24,000 bases of DNA, from NCBI GenBank assembly GCA_015520265.1, contig WAQK01000097.1, positions 30,141-54,140 of the forward strand. Reading direction: 5' to 3'. Below are positions 21,769 to 24,000 of this stretch, piece by piece. Each line of letters opens with the position of its first letter. The stretch's first letter is position 1. The notes below the pieces were generated by a model. That model searched no databases and had not been told where the DNA came from. It worked only from the letters and a program-made list of their open reading frames with translations. Source of the DNA: Pyrodictiaceae archaeon. Its GTDB lineage: Archaea; Thermoproteota; Thermoprotei_A; Sulfolobales; WAQK01. The translations under genes were made by a program, and so were the position numbers.

Positions 21769-22887
21769 TTAGGACTGCTTCTTAGCCTCCTCAACCTCTT
21801 CGAGTATCTCCTTGATCTCCGCCTCCGATAGGGCTTGTTTCACACTTTCAGTCCTCCTGGCCTCTTCCTGGAGCCTGGTTACCTCCTCCATTAACTCCTC
21901 GTAGCTAGGCAGCTTGCCAAGGAGCTCCTCCAGCCTCTTAGCAGCCTCCTCCAGCCTCTTCAAGTCAGCCTCGCTGGGCTGCGGCTTCTCGGCGGCACCC
22001 GCTATGTGCTGGGCTGCGGTTTCAAGTAGCTTGGAGATCTCGAAGGGTATGATGAACTTGGTGGCCTGACCCTCCGACATCCGCTGGAGGGTTTCGAGGC
22101 TTAGGAAGCTGAGGGCTGGCCCGTGGAGCGCGGCGGCGCCCGTGGCAAGGATCCTGAGCCTCTGGGCCTCACCTATGGCCCTTAGTATCAGGGCCATCCT
22201 TTCGCCCTCTGCTGTCAGCACTTTGCTGGCCCTCTCTCCTTCAGCCCTTCTTATCATGGCCTGCTTCTCTCCCTCAGCCCTGAGGATGGCCGCCCTCTTG
22301 TCGCCGTCGGCCTTCAGTATAGCTGCCCTCCTCTCCCTCTCGGCGGCTGTCTGCTCCTCCATGGCCTTCTTGACCCTAGGGGAGGGGTCGACCTCCCTTA
22401 TCTCGACGCTCTCCACCCTTACGCCCCACTTGTCGGTGGCCTCATCAAGTATCCTTCTAAGCTTGTTGTTTATCGCAGCCCTGTTGTAGAGGATCTCGTC
22501 TAGCTCCATATCGCCTATGACGCTTCTCAGCGTTGTCTGGGCCAGCGCTATGACGGCGAGCTTGTAGTTGGCCACCTCGAAGAACGCCTTCTTGGGGTCC
22601 ACAACCCTGATGTAGACGACGGCGTCCACAGTGGTGGGCGAGTTGTCTCTGGTTATCACCTCCTGTCTCGGCACGTCGATGACCTGGGTCCTAAGATCTA
22701 TCCTGTAAACATTGCTGATTAGGGGCGGGACCCAGTGGAGCCCCGGCGAGAGTATGCCTATGAAGCGGCCCAGCCTGATGTAGATGCCGACCTCCCAGGG
22801 CCTTATCACCCTGACGCCCAGCGCCATTATCAGCGCGATGACAACGCCTAGAAGGAAGGATGCTGCAACAGTGCCAGCTGCAACCAC
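21769..22887 (-). CDS. SPFH/Band-7 (stomatin/slipin-family) membrane protein
   Basis: An N-terminal TM anchor precedes the SPFH core (GIYIRLGRFIGILSPGLHWVPP...RDNSPTTVDAVVYIRV). A repeat-rich coiled-coil C-terminus follows. It lies downstream of nfeD in the classic operon. Confidence 0.9.
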   Translation of the reverse strand: MVAAGTVAASFLLGVVIALIMALGVRVIRPWEVGIYIRLGRFIGILSPGLHWVPPLISNVYRIDLRTQVIDVPRQEVITRDNSPTTVDAVVYIRVVDPKKAFFEVANYKLAVIALAQTTLRSVIGDMELDEILYNRAAINNKLRRILDEATDKWGVRVESVEIREVDPSPRVKKAMEEQTAAERERRAAILKADGDKRAAILRAEGEKQAMIRRAEGERASKVLTAEGERMALILRAIGEAQRLRILATGAAALHGPALSFLSLETLQRMSEGQATKFIIPFEISKLLETAAQHIAGAAEKPQPSEADLKRLEEAAKRLEELLGKLPSYEELMEEVTRLQEEARRTESVKQALSEAEIKEILEEVEEAKKQS

Positions 22888-22950
22888 TGCCGACTCACCT
22901 GAAAAATACTTGGCTGTTGTTCATAAATTAATGATTCTCTGAAATGAAGG

Positions 22951-23403
22951 CTAGTCTATCCTCTCGACTATGAGGTGAACGCCCTCTACGTCCACGACCT
23001 TGACCTTGGCGCCCACCGGTATGGGCTCGGGCTCTCTGGTTGTTGCCGACCATATGTCGCTGTTGATCCTGACCTGGCCCTCCATGGTGTCTGGCTTCAC
23101 CTCGCTAACAACTATACCTATGGCGCCAACAAGCCCCTTGTAGCTCATGGTAACAGGTTTACTTGGAGGCGCTAGGCTCCTGTAGATGAGTATGGAGAAA
23201 CCAGTGATCGGTATGGTTAGTAATGCGAGGATCCAGGGCCCCCACCACACCTCGAGTATCCATGGGAACAGGAGTATCAGGAAGCCGTAGATTATCGAAG
23301 CGGTACCAGGTACCGCTATGAAGAACCCAGGCATGAATATCTCGGCGAGCTCCAGTAATACGCCGACTATGATGAACATAATGGCTATATCTGTTGGATC
23401 CAT
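22951..23403 (-). CDS. NfeD-family membrane protein (short form, stomatin operon partner)
   Basis: Three or four TM helices precede a C-terminal OB-like domain (EGQVRINSDIWSATT...GAKVKVVDVEGVHLIVE). It sits immediately upstream of the stomatin gene. Confidence 0.85.
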   Translation of the reverse strand: MDPTDIAIMFIIVGVLLELAEIFMPGFFIAVPGTASIIYGFLILLFPWILEVWWGPWILALLTIPITGFSILIYRSLAPPSKPVTMSYKGLVGAIGIVVSEVKPDTMEGQVRINSDIWSATTREPEPIPVGAKVKVVDVEGVHLIVERID

Positions 23404-23556
23404 TCAGGGGCCCCCATGTTCTCTAAATTGTGTGGCCGGAAATATATCGGTATTCCTGTGGCGCCTAATAGTTTCGGCCAACCCTCTCTATGCACCCCAT
23501 ATACGGGTATCCTTAAAAGTACCTCGAAGCCGAGCATGGTATCGGGAGGCGCCTAA

Positions 23557-23742
23557 ATGCAGAGAATCATAACCTTCAAGCTGCCCGAGCCCCTCCTGGA
23601 GAGGCTTGATGCCTACGCCAGTAGGAGGGGTATGGCGAGGAGCGAGGTCATCAGAGAGGCTATACTGGCGTTCCTCGCCATGGAGGAGTACCTGCCCGGC
23701 GAGGACGAGCAGGAGCGCGTGGCCGGAAAACTTGTCTTCTAA
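23557..23742 (+). CDS. Ribbon-helix-helix (CopG/Arc-like) DNA-binding protein
   Basis: The 61-aa product begins with a beta-strand plus two helices ([38 protein letters not shown]). A GGGAGG lies 8 nt upstream of the ATG. Confidence 0.7.
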   Translation: MQRIITFKLPEPLLERLDAYASRRGMARSEVIREAILAFLAMEEYLPGEDEQERVAGKLVF

Positions 23743-23777
23743 CCACTTCCAGGCCCCTCTAGTCGGGCGAGGTCAGC

Positions 23778-23785
23778 TTTATATT
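23778..23785 (+). promoter_or_regulatory. TATA-box-like element upstream of tRNA-Met
   Basis: TTTATATT is centred about 30 nt upstream of tRNA position 1 (23812). Confidence 0.35.
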
Positions 23786-23810
23786 CCACATGGAAACCAA
23801 TACGAAATGG

Positions 23811-23925
<115 letters not shown>

Positions 23926-24000
23926 TCCACGTATCTCTACTTCTTCCTACCTTAATGATCTCCCACCGTCGAATGGTATCGCAGTGCCCGTTATGAAGCC

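Overview
This is a tightly packed housekeeping segment from a GC-rich hyperthermophilic crenarchaeon. Gene content looks Desulfurococcales/Aeropyrum-like: aKMT-type lysine methyltransferase, eS26, eL40, Rio1, Nmd3, aIF2-beta and BHB-intron tRNAs. The species cannot be determined from the sequence alone. I support about 31 protein genes. They include 5'-partial ProRS, eS26, TrmY and a CDP-alcohol phosphatidyltransferase. They also include an endonuclease-IV-like protein and eL40, which the ORF track misses. Further genes are a nucleotidyltransferase, an MBL hydrolase, a TrkA-C membrane protein, aKMT and a large radical-SAM protein. There are also two uncharacterised genes, a four-gene BMP-family ABC transporter with an upstream ACT+V4R protein, and an inactive rhodanese. 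One minus-strand translation and ribosome-biogenesis block runs KH/Dim2, Rio1, aIF1A, Nmd3, DUF424, aIF2-beta. The remaining genes are an MtaB-like methylthiotransferase, NfeD plus stomatin, and an RHH protein. There are four tRNA genes: Cys(GCA), Trp(CCA), Asn(GUU) and Met(CAU). All four encode CCA in the template and three have introns. I found no CRISPR array, transposase, integrase or recognisable defence island. The features most worth a second look are RNA-level or start-site anomalies. (1) The tRNA-Trp intron is 100 nt long, with an exon-mimicking hairpin and box C/D-like elements. (2) An unannotated box C/D sRNA candidate lies just downstream of tRNA-Asn. (3) tRNA-Asn sits in an ORF-free AT-rich island. 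(4) Conserved Rio1 N-terminal coding sequence lies upstream of the first canonical start codon. All functional calls rest on motif recognition by eye; no searches were run.
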